In this document: piece after piece, positions 12,494-22,310 of the stretch
Layout of the letters: every line of letters starts with the position of its first letter
Position numbering within the stretch: position 1 is the first letter of the stretch
Source: Reyranella sp.
GTDB lineage: Bacteria; Pseudomonadota; Alphaproteobacteria; Reyranellales; Reyranellaceae
DNA length: 64,000 nucleotides
Assembly: GCA_052386855.1 (NCBI GenBank)
Contig: JBQTJT010000108.1
Coordinates: 2,340 to 66,339 of the forward strand
Direction of reading: 5' to 3'
Made by a program: the position numbers and the translations under genes
Notes under the pieces: model-generated
The model's input: the letters and a program-made list of their open reading frames with translations, nothing else
The model's database searches: none
Told to the model about the DNA's origin: nothing

Positions 12494-13375
12494 ATGGCGA
12501 AAATCGCCTTCATCGGTCTCGGCAACATGGGTGGCCCGATGGCCGCCAACCTCGCCAAGGCGCAGCATCACGTGACGGCCTTCGACCTGTCGGAGGCGGC
12601 GGTGAAGACGGCGGTGGAGAAGGGCGCGCACAAGGCGGCGTCGGCCGCCGAGGCGGTCAAGGGCGCCGAGATCGTCGTCACCATGCTGCCAGCCGGCAAG
12701 CATGTGCGCGAGGTCTACGAGAAGGATGTGCTGCCCAACGTCGCCAGGGGCACCTTGCTGATCGATTGCTCGACCATCGACGTCGACAGTGCCCGCCACG
12801 TTGCGGCGCTCGCCGCGAAGGCGGGGATGGAGATGATCGACGCGCCGGTGTCGGGCGGTGTCGGCGGCGCCACGGCAGGGACGCTCACCTTCATGGTCGG
12901 CGGCGGCGATGGCGCGTTCGGCAAGGCGAGGCCGATCCTGGAGAAGATGGGCAAGAACATCGTCCATGCCGGTGCCAGCGGCAACGGACAGGCGGCCAAG
13001 ATCTGCAACAACATGATCCTGGGTGTCTCGATGATTGCCGTCAGCGAAGGTTTCATGCTGGCCAAGCGATTGGGCCTCGATGCGCAGAAGCTGTTCGATG
13101 TCGCCTCGACCTCGTCGGGCTCGTGCTGGTCGCTGGTCAATTACTGCCCGGTGCCGGGCCCGGTGCCGACGTCGCCGGCCAATCGCGACTACCAGGCGGG
13201 TTTCACCGCGGCGATGATGCTGAAGGACCTGATGCTGGCCCAGCAGGCGGCGAACGCGGCCGGCGCCAGCACGCCGCTGGGCGCCGAGGCGGCGCAGCTT
13301 TTCAATATGTTCGTCAACAGCGGCAATGCGGCCAAGGATTTCTCGGGCATCGTCAAGATGCTGGACGGCAAGTGA
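12494..13375 (+). CDS. mmsB: 3-hydroxyisobutyrate dehydrogenase
   Basis: Rossmann N-terminus MAKIAFIGLGNMGGPMAANL. GASGNGQAAKICNNM is typical of the family. Confidence 0.9.
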   Translation: MAKIAFIGLGNMGGPMAANLAKAQHHVTAFDLSEAAVKTAVEKGAHKAASAAEAVKGAEIVVTMLPAGKHVREVYEKDVLPNVARGTLLIDCSTIDVDSARHVAALAAKAGMEMIDAPVSGGVGGATAGTLTFMVGGGDGAFGKARPILEKMGKNIVHAGASGNGQAAKICNNMILGVSMIAVSEGFMLAKRLGLDAQKLFDVASTSSGSCWSLVNYCPVPGPVPTSPANRDYQAGFTAAMMLKDLMLAQQAANAAGASTPLGAEAAQLFNMFVNSGNAAKDFSGIVKMLDGK

Positions 13376-13382
13376 GGGCCCG

Positions 13383-14069
13383 ATGATCACGCTCTACGAT
13401 CTCGCTTTCGAAGACGACCGCCGCCCCAGCCCGTTCTGCTGGCGCGCCAAGTTCGCCCTAGCGCACAAGGGCCTCGACTACACCAACGTGCCGATGGGGT
13501 TCACGGAGAAGGAGAAGATCGCCTTCGCCGACTCCAAGACCGTGCCCGTGATCAAGGACGGCGACAAGCCGGTCAAGGACAGCTGGGCCATCGCCGTCTA
13601 CCTGGACGAAATGTATCCGGAAAAGTTGCTGCTCAAGAGCGAGATGGGCCGTTCCTACGCACGCTTCATCAACGGCTGGGCCGACGTCGTGGTGAACGGC
13701 GCGATCTTCCCCATGGTGGTGGGCGACCTCTATGACCGCGTGCGGCCGCAGGACAGGGAATATATCGCCGAGTCGCGCGGTGCGCGGCTGGGCACCAAGG
13801 ACTTCGCCCCGTTCCAGGCCCAGGCAAGGGAGAAGGGTCTGGCGGCGTTCCGGGCGGCACTCGAACCCGCGCGCCGGGCGTTGCGCGAGCAGAAGTTCCT
13901 GTCCGGCGCCGAGGCCGCCTATCCCGACTACATCCTCGCCGGCACCTTCATGTGGCCGCGCACGATCAGCCCGCTCGAGCTGCTGGAAGCCGACGACCCG
14001 GTCTACACCTGGCGCGAGCGCATGCTCGACCTGTTCGATGGGATGGCCCGCAAGGCGAAGGCGGCGTAG
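13383..14069 (+). CDS. glutathione S-transferase-like protein
   Basis: Start is ATG 13383 (MITLYDLAFEDDRRPSPFCWRAKFALAHKGLDY), giving a thioredoxin-like N-domain with VPVIKDG. The track start at 13326 overlaps mmsB. Confidence 0.7.
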   Translation: MITLYDLAFEDDRRPSPFCWRAKFALAHKGLDYTNVPMGFTEKEKIAFADSKTVPVIKDGDKPVKDSWAIAVYLDEMYPEKLLLKSEMGRSYARFINGWADVVVNGAIFPMVVGDLYDRVRPQDREYIAESRGARLGTKDFAPFQAQAREKGLAAFRAALEPARRALREQKFLSGAEAAYPDYILAGTFMWPRTISPLELLEADDPVYTWRERMLDLFDGMARKAKAA

Positions 14070-14095
14070 AAGTCGAGACACCCAGGGAGATCGCC

Positions 14096-14587
14096 GTGCC
14101 GGATACAGACGTAAAGCCCTTCGATCCGGCCGAGCACCGCTTCGGACCGACGCACTGGTTCGAGGACCTCAAGATCGGCCAGAAGTTCTACATCAACTCG
14201 CGTACCCAGACCGAGGCGCTGTTCTCCGCCTTCCAGCTCGCGAGCGGCGACAATCACCCGATCCACTACGATCGCGAATACTGCAAGGCGCTCGGACACC
14301 GGGACATGCTGGCGCACGGGCTGCAGGTGGCGATCCAGGGCGCGGCCGGCGGCGGGATCTTCCCCCATGTCGTGGGCGAGTCGCTGGTGGGGTTCCTGGA
14401 ACAGTCGTCGCGGTTCCTGAAGCCGGTCTATGTCGGCGACACGCTCTATCCGATGCTGACGGTGAGCGAGCTGAAGCCCGGCCGCACCACCGGTGTTGCC
14501 GTCCTGAAACTCACCATCCACAACCAGAAGGGCGAGCTGGTGAGCGACGGCGAGCACAAGTACCTGATAAAGAAGCGGCCACAATAG
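14096..14587 (+). CDS. MaoC-like (hot-dog fold) dehydratase
   Basis: GTG 14096 lies 5 nt after GGGAGA. SGDNHPIHYDREYCKALGHRDMLAHG is the MaoC hydratase motif. Confidence 0.75.
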   Translation: MPDTDVKPFDPAEHRFGPTHWFEDLKIGQKFYINSRTQTEALFSAFQLASGDNHPIHYDREYCKALGHRDMLAHGLQVAIQGAAGGGIFPHVVGESLVGFLEQSSRFLKPVYVGDTLYPMLTVSELKPGRTTGVAVLKLTIHNQKGELVSDGEHKYLIKKRPQ

Positions 14588-14600
14588 AAGGAACGGGACC

Positions 14601-14885
14601 ATGATCGGCGTCATCGCGAAACTGACCATCAAGCCCGGGACCAACGCCGATTTCGAGGCGACAATGAAGGCGTTGCAGGCCAAGGTGCGGGCCGACGAGC
14701 CGGGCAACAAGCTCTACGCCTTGCACAAGACGGCCGATGTTAATGTTTACGTCATGTTGGAACGCTACGACGACCAGGCGGCGCTGGACGCGCATCGCGC
14801 CGCGCCGCACTTCAAGGAACTCGGCCGCAAGCTCGGCGACTATCTCGCCGGCCGCCCCGACGTCCAGGTGATGCAGGAAGTCTGA
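14601..14885 (+). CDS. antibiotic-biosynthesis-monooxygenase (ABM) domain protein / putative quinol monooxygenase
   Basis: 94 aa with a ferredoxin-like ABM pattern: IAKLTIKPG, then YVMLERYDDQAALDAHRAAPHFKE. Confidence 0.7.
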   Translation: MIGVIAKLTIKPGTNADFEATMKALQAKVRADEPGNKLYALHKTADVNVYVMLERYDDQAALDAHRAAPHFKELGRKLGDYLAGRPDVQVMQEV

Positions 14886-14925
14886 GGTCCGGACCGGGCG
14901 TCAGGACGGATCGGCGAGAGGCACA

Positions 14926-15993
14926 ATGGACGGCTTTTTTCACCGCCACACCAAGCCTGGCACTGCCCCGGGGACGCTCGCGGGCCGCGCGCCAGTCACC
15001 GACGAGGCGCTCGACTTCACCTTGGTCGAGTACACGCCGGAAGATGTCGAGGTGGTGCACGGCGTCGAGGTCGACCAGTGCCGCTTCCATCTCGGCACGC
15101 CCGGCCATACCTGGATCGATGTGGCGGGCCGGCCCAGTTCGGAGATGCTGCGTGACCTCGGCATGGCCTTCAACCTGCATCCCCTGGCACTCGAGGACGT
15201 GTTCCACGCCAACCAGAGGAGCAAGCTCGATCTCTACGAAGGGCAGGGGTTCATCGTCCTGAACGATCCGGCTTACGAGGATTGCGAGCTGAAGGGCCGT
15301 CAGGTCAGCATCTTCTTCGGCGAGAACTACGTGATCTCGTTCCACGATCACAAGGCCGACATCTTCAAGGCGGTACGCGACCGCATCCAGACCGCAGGTT
15401 CGAGATTGCGGACGTTCGGCGTCGACTACCTCGTCTATGCGCTGATCGATCTCGTCGTCGATCGCAAGTTCCCGCTGATCGAGGCACTGTCGAGCCACAT
15501 CGAGGAGCTGGAAGAGGAGGCGCTCGGCCGTCCGACGAAGGATACGCTGGCGCACATCCATCAGGCGCGGCGCGCGCTGGTGGCGTTCCATCGCATCCAG
15601 TGGGCGGAGCGCGAAACGGTGTTGGCCGTGATGCGGCCCGATGTCCCCTACATCATGCCGGAGACGCGGACCTACCTGCGCGACTGCTTCGACCATGCGG
15701 TGGCGGTACTGGATCTCGTCGAGAGCTACCGGGAAATGACCAACGGCCTGATGGAAGTCTATCTCATGGACTCGTCCAACCGCATGGCCGAGGTCATGAA
15801 GACGATGGCGATCATCACCGTGTTCTTCATGCCGCTGAGTTTCCTCGCCGGCATCTACGGCATGAACTTCGACACTCAACTCGGCAACATGCCGGAGCTC
15901 GGCTGGCAGTACGGCTATTACTTCTTCTGGGTCATGGCGGCGGCGATCGTCGGCACCATCTTCTTCTGGCTGAAACGCAAACGCTGGATCTGA
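14926..15993 (+). CDS. corA: magnesium/cobalt transporter CorA
   Basis: Has the YGMNF signature (AGIYGMNFDTQLGNMPEL) and two C-terminal TM helices. Confidence 0.9.
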   Translation: MDGFFHRHTKPGTAPGTLAGRAPVTDEALDFTLVEYTPEDVEVVHGVEVDQCRFHLGTPGHTWIDVAGRPSSEMLRDLGMAFNLHPLALEDVFHANQRSKLDLYEGQGFIVLNDPAYEDCELKGRQVSIFFGENYVISFHDHKADIFKAVRDRIQTAGSRLRTFGVDYLVYALIDLVVDRKFPLIEALSSHIEELEEEALGRPTKDTLAHIHQARRALVAFHRIQWAERETVLAVMRPDVPYIMPETRTYLRDCFDHAVAVLDLVESYREMTNGLMEVYLMDSSNRMAEVMKTMAIITVFFMPLSFLAGIYGMNFDTQLGNMPELGWQYGYYFFWVMAAAIVGTIFFWLKRKRWI

Positions 15994-16988
15994 TGACATA
16001 CAGGATCTTCGGCTCCGAACTGTCGCCGTACTCGGTGAAGGTCCGCTCCTTCTTCCGCTACAAGAACCTGCCGCACGAATGGATCCTGCGCTCGCCCGCG
16101 GTTCAGGCTGAGTTCCAGAAATACGCCAAACTGCCGCTGGTGCCGCTGGTGGTCACGCCGGAAGGCGAGGGTGTGCAGGATTCGACGCCGATCCTGGAAC
16201 GATTCGAGGCATCGACGCCGGAGCCGTCGATCGTTCCCGCCGACCCCGCGCTCGCCTTCCTCTCGGCGCTGCTGGAGGAGTATGGCGACGAGTGGGGCAA
16301 CAAGTGGATGTTCCACTATCGTTGGCGCTACGAGCCTGACGTCTGGTCGACCGCCGAACGCATCGCCGTCCAGATGATGGGAGCTCATGGCACACTGGCC
16401 GTGGCGCAGGCGCGCGCGGCCGTGGCCGAGCGCATGATGGGCCGGCTGGGCTTCGTGGGCTCCAACGACAAGACCCAGCCCTTGATCGAAGCCTCGTTCA
16501 TGCACGCGCTCAGCCTGCTCGACGCGCATCTCGCCGCTCGGCCCTATCTGCTGGGTGGCCGGCCGGCGATGGCGGATTTTGGCCTGTGGGCCCAGCTTTA
16601 CGAGGCCGCCACCGACCCGACACCGGGGACCATCATGCGGGCCTCGGCGCCGCATGTGCTGGCCTGGGTGCAGAGAATGGTCACGCCCAAGGCGGAGGGC
16701 GCGTTCGAGGCCTGGCCGGCACTGGCACCGACGCTCATGCCATTGCTCAAGAAGGAAGTTGCAGCGCTCTTTCTGCCTTGGTCCGTCGCCAATGCCGCGG
16801 CGATCGCGGCCGGCGACAAGATGTTCGAGCTGTCTCTCGGCGGCACGGTGTGGTCGCAGGAGCCGCAGAAATACCACGCGCGCTCGCTGGCCGAGATCCG
16901 GCACAAGTACGCCGCCGCGAAGGGTGCGCCCGGCCTGGAGGCAATTCTCCGCGAGAGCGGCTGCCTCGGTGCGCTAACGCAGGCTTGA
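15993..16988 (+). CDS. glutathione S-transferase family protein
   Basis: ATG 15993 shares one base with the corA TGA. The product starts MTYRIFGSELSPYSVKVRSFFRYKNLPHEW and contains VQDSTPILERFE. The track start at 15282 lies inside corA in another frame. Confidence 0.7.
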   Translation: MTYRIFGSELSPYSVKVRSFFRYKNLPHEWILRSPAVQAEFQKYAKLPLVPLVVTPEGEGVQDSTPILERFEASTPEPSIVPADPALAFLSALLEEYGDEWGNKWMFHYRWRYEPDVWSTAERIAVQMMGAHGTLAVAQARAAVAERMMGRLGFVGSNDKTQPLIEASFMHALSLLDAHLAARPYLLGGRPAMADFGLWAQLYEAATDPTPGTIMRASAPHVLAWVQRMVTPKAEGAFEAWPALAPTLMPLLKKEVAALFLPWSVANAAAIAAGDKMFELSLGGTVWSQEPQKYHARSLAEIRHKYAAAKGAPGLEAILRESGCLGALTQA

Positions 16989-17720
16989 GACGATCAGCGT
17001 TGCCCCCGAGAGGGTGAGCAAGCCCAGGATGATGCGCCGGAATCCAGTGTCGTCGACCCGGCCGTACAGCATCAGGCCGAGCCGGGCGCCGATCAGGGTG
17101 ACGGGCACCGTGATCGCGGCCCAGATGAAGAAGGTGCGATCGAGGAAGCCCGCGATGCCGGCCGAAACCAGGGCGAGCAGCAGGATGCTCATGTTGAAGG
17201 GCTGATTGACGCCGCGCTGCTCGTTCTTGCCGTAGCCGCGCAGCTGCGCCCAGATCGCCGGCGCCGGGCCGCTGAGGCTCGCCATGCCGCCCAAGACACC
17301 GCCGGTGAAGCCCACGGCAGCGTCAGCGGCGCGGCCGCCGCCGGTGATGATGGGCGGCCGGCGCACGAAGGCCATCCAGGCGCTGTAGAGGATCAGGAGC
17401 GTGCCGACGCCGATCTTGAGCGGGCTCGGCCGCACATGCTCCAGCAGCATGGTGCCGATCGGCACGCCGATGATGCCGGCGGCCAGCATCGGCCACAGAC
17501 GCGGCCAGCGAACGCCCTTCCAGATGGTCGGCAGGGATTGCACGTGGCCCATGACGCCGCAGAGCGCGGTAAGGGGCGCGGCGGTGAGCGGCGACATGGC
17601 CTGCAGCCAGAAGCCCAGCGCCACCAGCGCATAGCCGGTGCCGCTCAGCCCGTTGACGAAGCCCGCGGCGAGCGCCCCGGCGGCGACGATCGCGATGTCG
17701 CCGAGGGGCGGCAGGTCCAC
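16974..17720 (-). CDS. TauE/SafE family sulfite/anion exporter
   Basis: 248 aa and about 8 TM helices. It has the glycine-rich TauE-like pattern. Confidence 0.8.
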   Translation of the reverse strand: MDLPPLGDIAIVAAGALAAGFVNGLSGTGYALVALGFWLQAMSPLTAAPLTALCGVMGHVQSLPTIWKGVRWPRLWPMLAAGIIGVPIGTMLLEHVRPSPLKIGVGTLLILYSAWMAFVRRPPIITGGGRAADAAVGFTGGVLGGMASLSGPAPAIWAQLRGYGKNEQRGVNQPFNMSILLLALVSAGIAGFLDRTFFIWAAITVPVTLIGARLGLMLYGRVDDTGFRRIILGLLTLSGATLIVSSLR

Positions 17721-17725
17721 GCCGG

Positions 17726-18961
17726 TTACGACCCGGACGAGAAGGCCTGGATGCCGGTCATGGCGCGGCCGAGGATCAGCGCATGGACGTCGTGCGTGCC
17801 CTCATAGGTGTTCACCGCCTCGAGATTCATGACGTGGCGGATCACGTGATACTCGTCCGACACGCCGTTGCCGCCGTGCATGTCGCGGGCGACGCGGGCG
17901 ATGTCGAGCGCCTTGCCGCAGTTGTTGCGCTTGATCAGCGAGATCATCTCCGGCTGGGCGTGGCCCGCATCCTTCAGGCGACCGACGCGCACGCAGGCCT
18001 GGAGGCCCAGCGCAATCTCGGTCTGCATGTCGGCCAGCTTCTTCTGGATGAGCTGGTTGGCGGCCAGCGGCCGGCCGAACTGCTTGCGGTCGAGCGTGTA
18101 GTTGCGCGCCTGCTTCCAGCAGAACTCGGCGGCGCCCATGGCGCCCCAGGCGATGCCGTAGCGGGCGTTGTTGAGGCAACCGAACGGGCCGCCGAGGCCG
18201 GCGACGTTGGGCAGCATGTTCTCCACCGGGACCATGACCTCGTCCATCATGATGCCGCCGGTCACCGAGGCGCGCAGGCTGAACTTGCCTTCGATCTTGG
18301 GGGTCTCGAGGCCTTTCATGCCGCGCTCGAGGATGAAGCCGCGGATCGCGCCGCCGTCGAGCTTGGCCCAGATCACCAGCACGTCGGCGATCGGCGAATT
18401 GGTGATCCACATCTTGGAGCCGGAGACCTTGTAGCCGCCGGGCACCGTCACGGCGCGGGTCTTCATGCCGCCGGGATCGGAGCCGTGGTCGGGCTCGGTG
18501 AGGCCGAAGCAGCCGACCCATTCGCCTGTCGCGAGCTTGGGCAGGTACTTCATGCGCTGCTCTTCGGTACCGTAGGCATAGATCGGATGCATGACGAGGG
18601 AGGACTGCACGCTCATGGCCGAGCGGTAGCCGGAATCGACGCGCTCGACCTCGCGGGCGACCAGGCCGTAGGAGGTGTAGTTGGCGCCGGCGCAGCCGTA
18701 CTTCTCGGGCAGGGTCGAGCCCAGGAGGCCGAGCGCGCCGAACTCGTTCATGATCTCGCGGTGGAACTTCTCGTGCCGATTGGCCTCCAGCACGCGCGAC
18801 ATGAGCTTTTCCTGGCAGTAGTCGCGGGCAACGTCGCGGATCGCGATCTCGTCCTCGGTGAGTTGGTCGTCGAGGAAGAACGGGTCCTCCCAATCGAACG
18901 GCTTGGCGTCTGAACTGATGCCCTTGGCGGCGCTCTTGATCGGTGTTGCGGCGGTGGCCAT
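17726..18961 (-). CDS. gcdH: glutaryl-CoA dehydrogenase
   Basis: Start is ATG 18961 after GGAGAA ([10 protein letters not shown]...). Contains [34 protein letters not shown] and [13 protein letters not shown]. Confidence 0.9.
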   Translation of the reverse strand: MATAATPIKSAAKGISSDAKPFDWEDPFFLDDQLTEDEIAIRDVARDYCQEKLMSRVLEANRHEKFHREIMNEFGALGLLGSTLPEKYGCAGANYTSYGLVAREVERVDSGYRSAMSVQSSLVMHPIYAYGTEEQRMKYLPKLATGEWVGCFGLTEPDHGSDPGGMKTRAVTVPGGYKVSGSKMWITNSPIADVLVIWAKLDGGAIRGFILERGMKGLETPKIEGKFSLRASVTGGIMMDEVMVPVENMLPNVAGLGGPFGCLNNARYGIAWGAMGAAEFCWKQARNYTLDRKQFGRPLAANQLIQKKLADMQTEIALGLQACVRVGRLKDAGHAQPEMISLIKRNNCGKALDIARVARDMHGGNGVSDEYHVIRHVMNLEAVNTYEGTHDVHALILGRAMTGIQAFSSGS

Positions 18962-19093
18962 GATTTCTCCTCGAAGTGTCCGTGGCGTCTTATCAGGGAC
19001 CGTCCCGCAGGCCAACCTTTGCAGCGGGGAGGTCCGGCGCTACAAACTCGCCTCGTCGGAACGCGCATTTGTCCGTAAAGGCGAGGATCATCG

Positions 19094-19918
19094 GTGAAAC
19101 TGTCCCTGTGCAACGAGGTGATCCGCGAACTCTCCTTCGAGCGCCAATGCGTGTTGGCGGCAGGGCTCGGCTATCGCGGCCTCGAGGTCGCACCCTTCAC
19201 CCTGGGCGACGACGCATGGCGTATGCCGGCGTCGCGGCGGGCGGAGATCCGCGGCGCCTGCGCCGACGCCGGGATCGCGGTTAGCGGCCTGCATTGGCTG
19301 CTGGCCGCGCCGGCGGGCCTCTCGATCACCACCGTCGACCGCGCTGTCTGGCAGAGGAGTGTCGATGTCCTGCGGAGTTCGGTCGAGCTCTGTGCCGACC
19401 TCGGCGGCGACTACCTGGTGCATGGCTCGCCCGCGCAGCGGCGCGTGGCCGGCCCCGACGACGCCAAGCGGGCCGAGGAAGCCTGGCGCATCGCGGCGTC
19501 GGAGGCGGGCCAGGCCGGCGTCACGTACTGCCTGGAGCCGCTGGCCCGGCCCGACTGCAATTTCGTCAATACACTCGCAGAGGCCGCCGACGTCGTGAAG
19601 CGTAACGGCAATCCGGCCTTCAGCATCATGATCGATACGCTGGCGGCTGGCCTGGAGGAGAAGGAGCCGGTGGCGGAGGCCATCCGGCGCTGGATGCCGA
19701 CCGGTCTGGTCGCGCATGTGCAGTTCAACGACCGCAGCAGGCGTGGGCCGGGGCAGGGCGACGACAGGTTCGCGCCCGTGGTGCAGGCGCTCAAGGAAGC
19801 CGGCTATGCGGGCTGGATTGCCATGGAACCCTTCGTCTATGAGCCGGACGGTCCGACCTGTGCCGCGCGCATGATCGGCTACGTCGCGGGACTTCTGGAG
19901 CGGGACGCGCGAGAGTGA
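19094..19918 (+). CDS. sugar phosphate isomerase/epimerase (xylose isomerase-like TIM barrel)
   Basis: GTG start. Contains MKLSLCNEVIREL, then GYRGLEV and WIAMEPF. Confidence 0.8.
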   Translation: MKLSLCNEVIRELSFERQCVLAAGLGYRGLEVAPFTLGDDAWRMPASRRAEIRGACADAGIAVSGLHWLLAAPAGLSITTVDRAVWQRSVDVLRSSVELCADLGGDYLVHGSPAQRRVAGPDDAKRAEEAWRIAASEAGQAGVTYCLEPLARPDCNFVNTLAEAADVVKRNGNPAFSIMIDTLAAGLEEKEPVAEAIRRWMPTGLVAHVQFNDRSRRGPGQGDDRFAPVVQALKEAGYAGWIAMEPFVYEPDGPTCAARMIGYVAGLLERDARE

Positions 19919-20047
19919 ACGAGCCTGCACGTCCATTTCGTCAGGCGCTTTGGAACCAAAGTGATGTTATTGTCCCTCGCGGGACGGCTTGAGCAGGCTC
20001 TGTTTGATGCCAGCAGCGGCCGACTTGGAGTTATCGAGGGGGAGAAT

Positions 20048-20488
20048 ATGCGCACCATCATCGCGGGATTTATCGCGGGCTTCGTGAGCGTGTTGGTTTT
20101 CCATCAGCTTGGCTTTCTGATTTCCAACGAACTCGGCCTGACAAAGGCGCAACTCTACAGCCTGCGTCCCTTGCCGCCCCTCGGGGTCCCGGCGATTCTG
20201 TCGGCGGCCTTCTGGGGAGGTCTCTGGGGGATCGCGGGTGCCTATGTCGTGCCACGCCTGCCGATAGTGATGGATGGCCCCGTCGGTTGGATTCTGTTTG
20301 CCGGCATCATCGTCACACTCGTCAACTGGTTCGTCGTGCTGCCGATCAAGGGCTCGCCGGTCGGCGGTGGTTTCCGTATGCCTGGCGTCGTGGTCGTGCC
20401 GCTGGTCTATGCCCTCTGGGGCTTCGGCATGTGGCTCATCTTCGGACTGGTGCGGCGTGCGCTGGGCGGCAACAAGTGGAATGGCTAG
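20048..20488 (+). CDS. small integral membrane protein, hypothetical
   Basis: ATG 20048 follows GGGGGAGAA. The product starts MRTIIAGFIAGFVSVLVFHQ and has about 4 TM helices. Confidence 0.5.
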   Translation: MRTIIAGFIAGFVSVLVFHQLGFLISNELGLTKAQLYSLRPLPPLGVPAILSAAFWGGLWGIAGAYVVPRLPIVMDGPVGWILFAGIIVTLVNWFVVLPIKGSPVGGGFRMPGVVVVPLVYALWGFGMWLIFGLVRRALGGNKWNG

Positions 20489-20494
20489 GGGCCA

Positions 20495-21334
20495 TTGATG
20501 CTGATCGCCGACGCCCAGATCCACATCTGGGCCGCCAATACGCCGGAGCGGCCATGGCCGGCCCGCGCCGAGCCGCACCGTTCGCCGCTCGGTAAGGACG
20601 AGCTGCTGGCCGAGATGGACAAGGCCGGTGTCGACCGCGCGATCCTGGTGCCGCCGTCATGGGAGGGCGACCGCAACGATCTCGCCCTTGAGGCAGCCGC
20701 GGCGCATCCGGGCCGCCTTGCCATCATGGGCCGCTTCGACCCCGATGCGCCCGGCGCCCGAGATCTGGTCGCGGGCTGGAAGAAGCAGAAGGGCATGCTC
20801 GGCATGCGCTTCACCTTCCACACCGACATTCTGCGCCAGCCGCTGCTCGACGGTCGCTTCGACTGGGTATGGGGCGAGATGGAGAAGGCCGGCATCCCGG
20901 CGATGGTGCTGTTTCATCACGAATACATGCATCTCGCCGACAAGGTCGCGGAGCGCTATCCCGGCGTGCGACTGGTGCTCGATCATCTTGGCCTGAAGAG
21001 CGGCAAGGACGTCACGGAAGCCACCAACTTCGCCACCCTCGACAAGGTGCTGGCGCTGGCCAAGCGGCCGAACGTGGCCGCAAAAGTCTCGGCCATGCCA
21101 TGCTACGCCGACGACAAGACCTATCCCTTCAAGTCGGTTCATCCCCACATCCGTCGCGTCTTCGACGCCTTCGGACCCAAGCGCACCTTCTGGGGGACGG
21201 ATCTGTCGCGGCTGCCCGGCAGCTATCGCCAGGGCGTCACGATGTTCACCGAGGAAATGCCCTGGCTGAAGGGGACCGATCTCGAGGGTGTGATGGGCCG
21301 CGGCGTCTGCGACTGGCTCGGCTGGAAGGGCTAA
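20495..21334 (+). CDS. amidohydrolase family protein (amidohydrolase-2 / TIM-barrel metal hydrolase)
   Basis: Contains IADAQIHIW, then LVLDHLG and WGTDLSR. Confidence 0.8.
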   Translation: MMLIADAQIHIWAANTPERPWPARAEPHRSPLGKDELLAEMDKAGVDRAILVPPSWEGDRNDLALEAAAAHPGRLAIMGRFDPDAPGARDLVAGWKKQKGMLGMRFTFHTDILRQPLLDGRFDWVWGEMEKAGIPAMVLFHHEYMHLADKVAERYPGVRLVLDHLGLKSGKDVTEATNFATLDKVLALAKRPNVAAKVSAMPCYADDKTYPFKSVHPHIRRVFDAFGPKRTFWGTDLSRLPGSYRQGVTMFTEEMPWLKGTDLEGVMGRGVCDWLGWKG

Positions 21335-21338
21335 ACCC

Positions 21339-22310
21339 CTAAAGCGCGCGTGTCACCGTCTGCGAGCCACCGCCCCAGATCGGCAGGTAGCTCATCTTGT
21401 ATCCCGCACCGCCGGTTACGATGGGGTGGATGGCAGCCGGTGCGCTTGCCACGTCCTGGCCTTCGTCGAACAGATACTGCTGCACGCGCGCCAGATCCCA
21501 ACCGTCGTGGCGGACGATCTTCTCGGCCATTTCGAGCGGCAGCAGGAACACCTGTTCGCCGCGCTGGTTCTTGCGGCCCATGCCGGACATGACGATGGCG
21601 GCCCGCATCGCTGTCGCAATGGGGGAGAGGATGGCCTCGGGCGTGGCGCCTTCGCCGTCGCCCGGCAGCACCTCGGCGGTGCCCGAAATGCCCATCACCG
21701 TGATGGCGCTGGCGTCGCCGCCGAGGCCGCGCCGCGCAGTCAGGGTCGGGAAGGGACCATCGTTCCGTTCGGCAAAGCAGAAAGTGTACTTGCCGGGTTG
21801 CCCCATGGTCGCCATGTCGCCCACGTCGGAGCGCGCGCCGCCGATGTTGCGGATCACGAGCTGCAGCGCGCGGCCGATGCTGGCGTTGGCGCGATTGCCG
21901 GGACCGAGGCAGTTGGTGCCGGCATTGATGCCGAGCGATCGCGCCAGCGGGCCGTGCACGCAGAGCGCCACGCAGGCCGTGCCTGTCGTCGTGGCGATGC
22001 CGAGGATGTTGAAGTCGGGCTCCAGGATCGCCTCGGATGCGGCCAGCACGACCGGCAGCTCGTCGGGCAGCGCGCCCGCGATCACGCACTGGTAGGCCAC
22101 GGCCTCGGGCGTGAGCTCGCCGAACATCGGCGGCAGCATGCCGCGCGACTCGGCGCGATTGACGACGCCGGCGACCATGGCATCGAGCCGCCGTTGCGTC
22201 GGCGGTACAAGCGGCAGGCCGTCGCTGAGCTCTGCGTCAGTTAGGATCTGCTGGGCAACTTCCCAGCCCGCCGACTCCTCGACGACGGGCCAGCCGCACC
22301 ACTCGGTCAT
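21339..22310 (-). CDS. conserved protein of unknown function, paralog B of the selenoprotein operon
   Basis: 323 aa. Shares DGLPLVPPT, EPDFNILG, NAGTNCLGPG, ANASIGRAL and PGKYTFCF blocks with the upstream gene. Its start ATG 22310 overlaps the upstream stop (ATGA). Confidence 0.7.
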   Translation of the reverse strand: MTEWCGWPVVEESAGWEVAQQILTDAELSDGLPLVPPTQRRLDAMVAGVVNRAESRGMLPPMFGELTPEAVAYQCVIAGALPDELPVVLAASEAILEPDFNILGIATTTGTACVALCVHGPLARSLGINAGTNCLGPGNRANASIGRALQLVIRNIGGARSDVGDMATMGQPGKYTFCFAERNDGPFPTLTARRGLGGDASAITVMGISGTAEVLPGDGEGATPEAILSPIATAMRAAIVMSGMGRKNQRGEQVFLLPLEMAEKIVRHDGWDLARVQQYLFDEGQDVASAPAAIHPIVTGGAGYKMSYLPIWGGGSQTVTRAL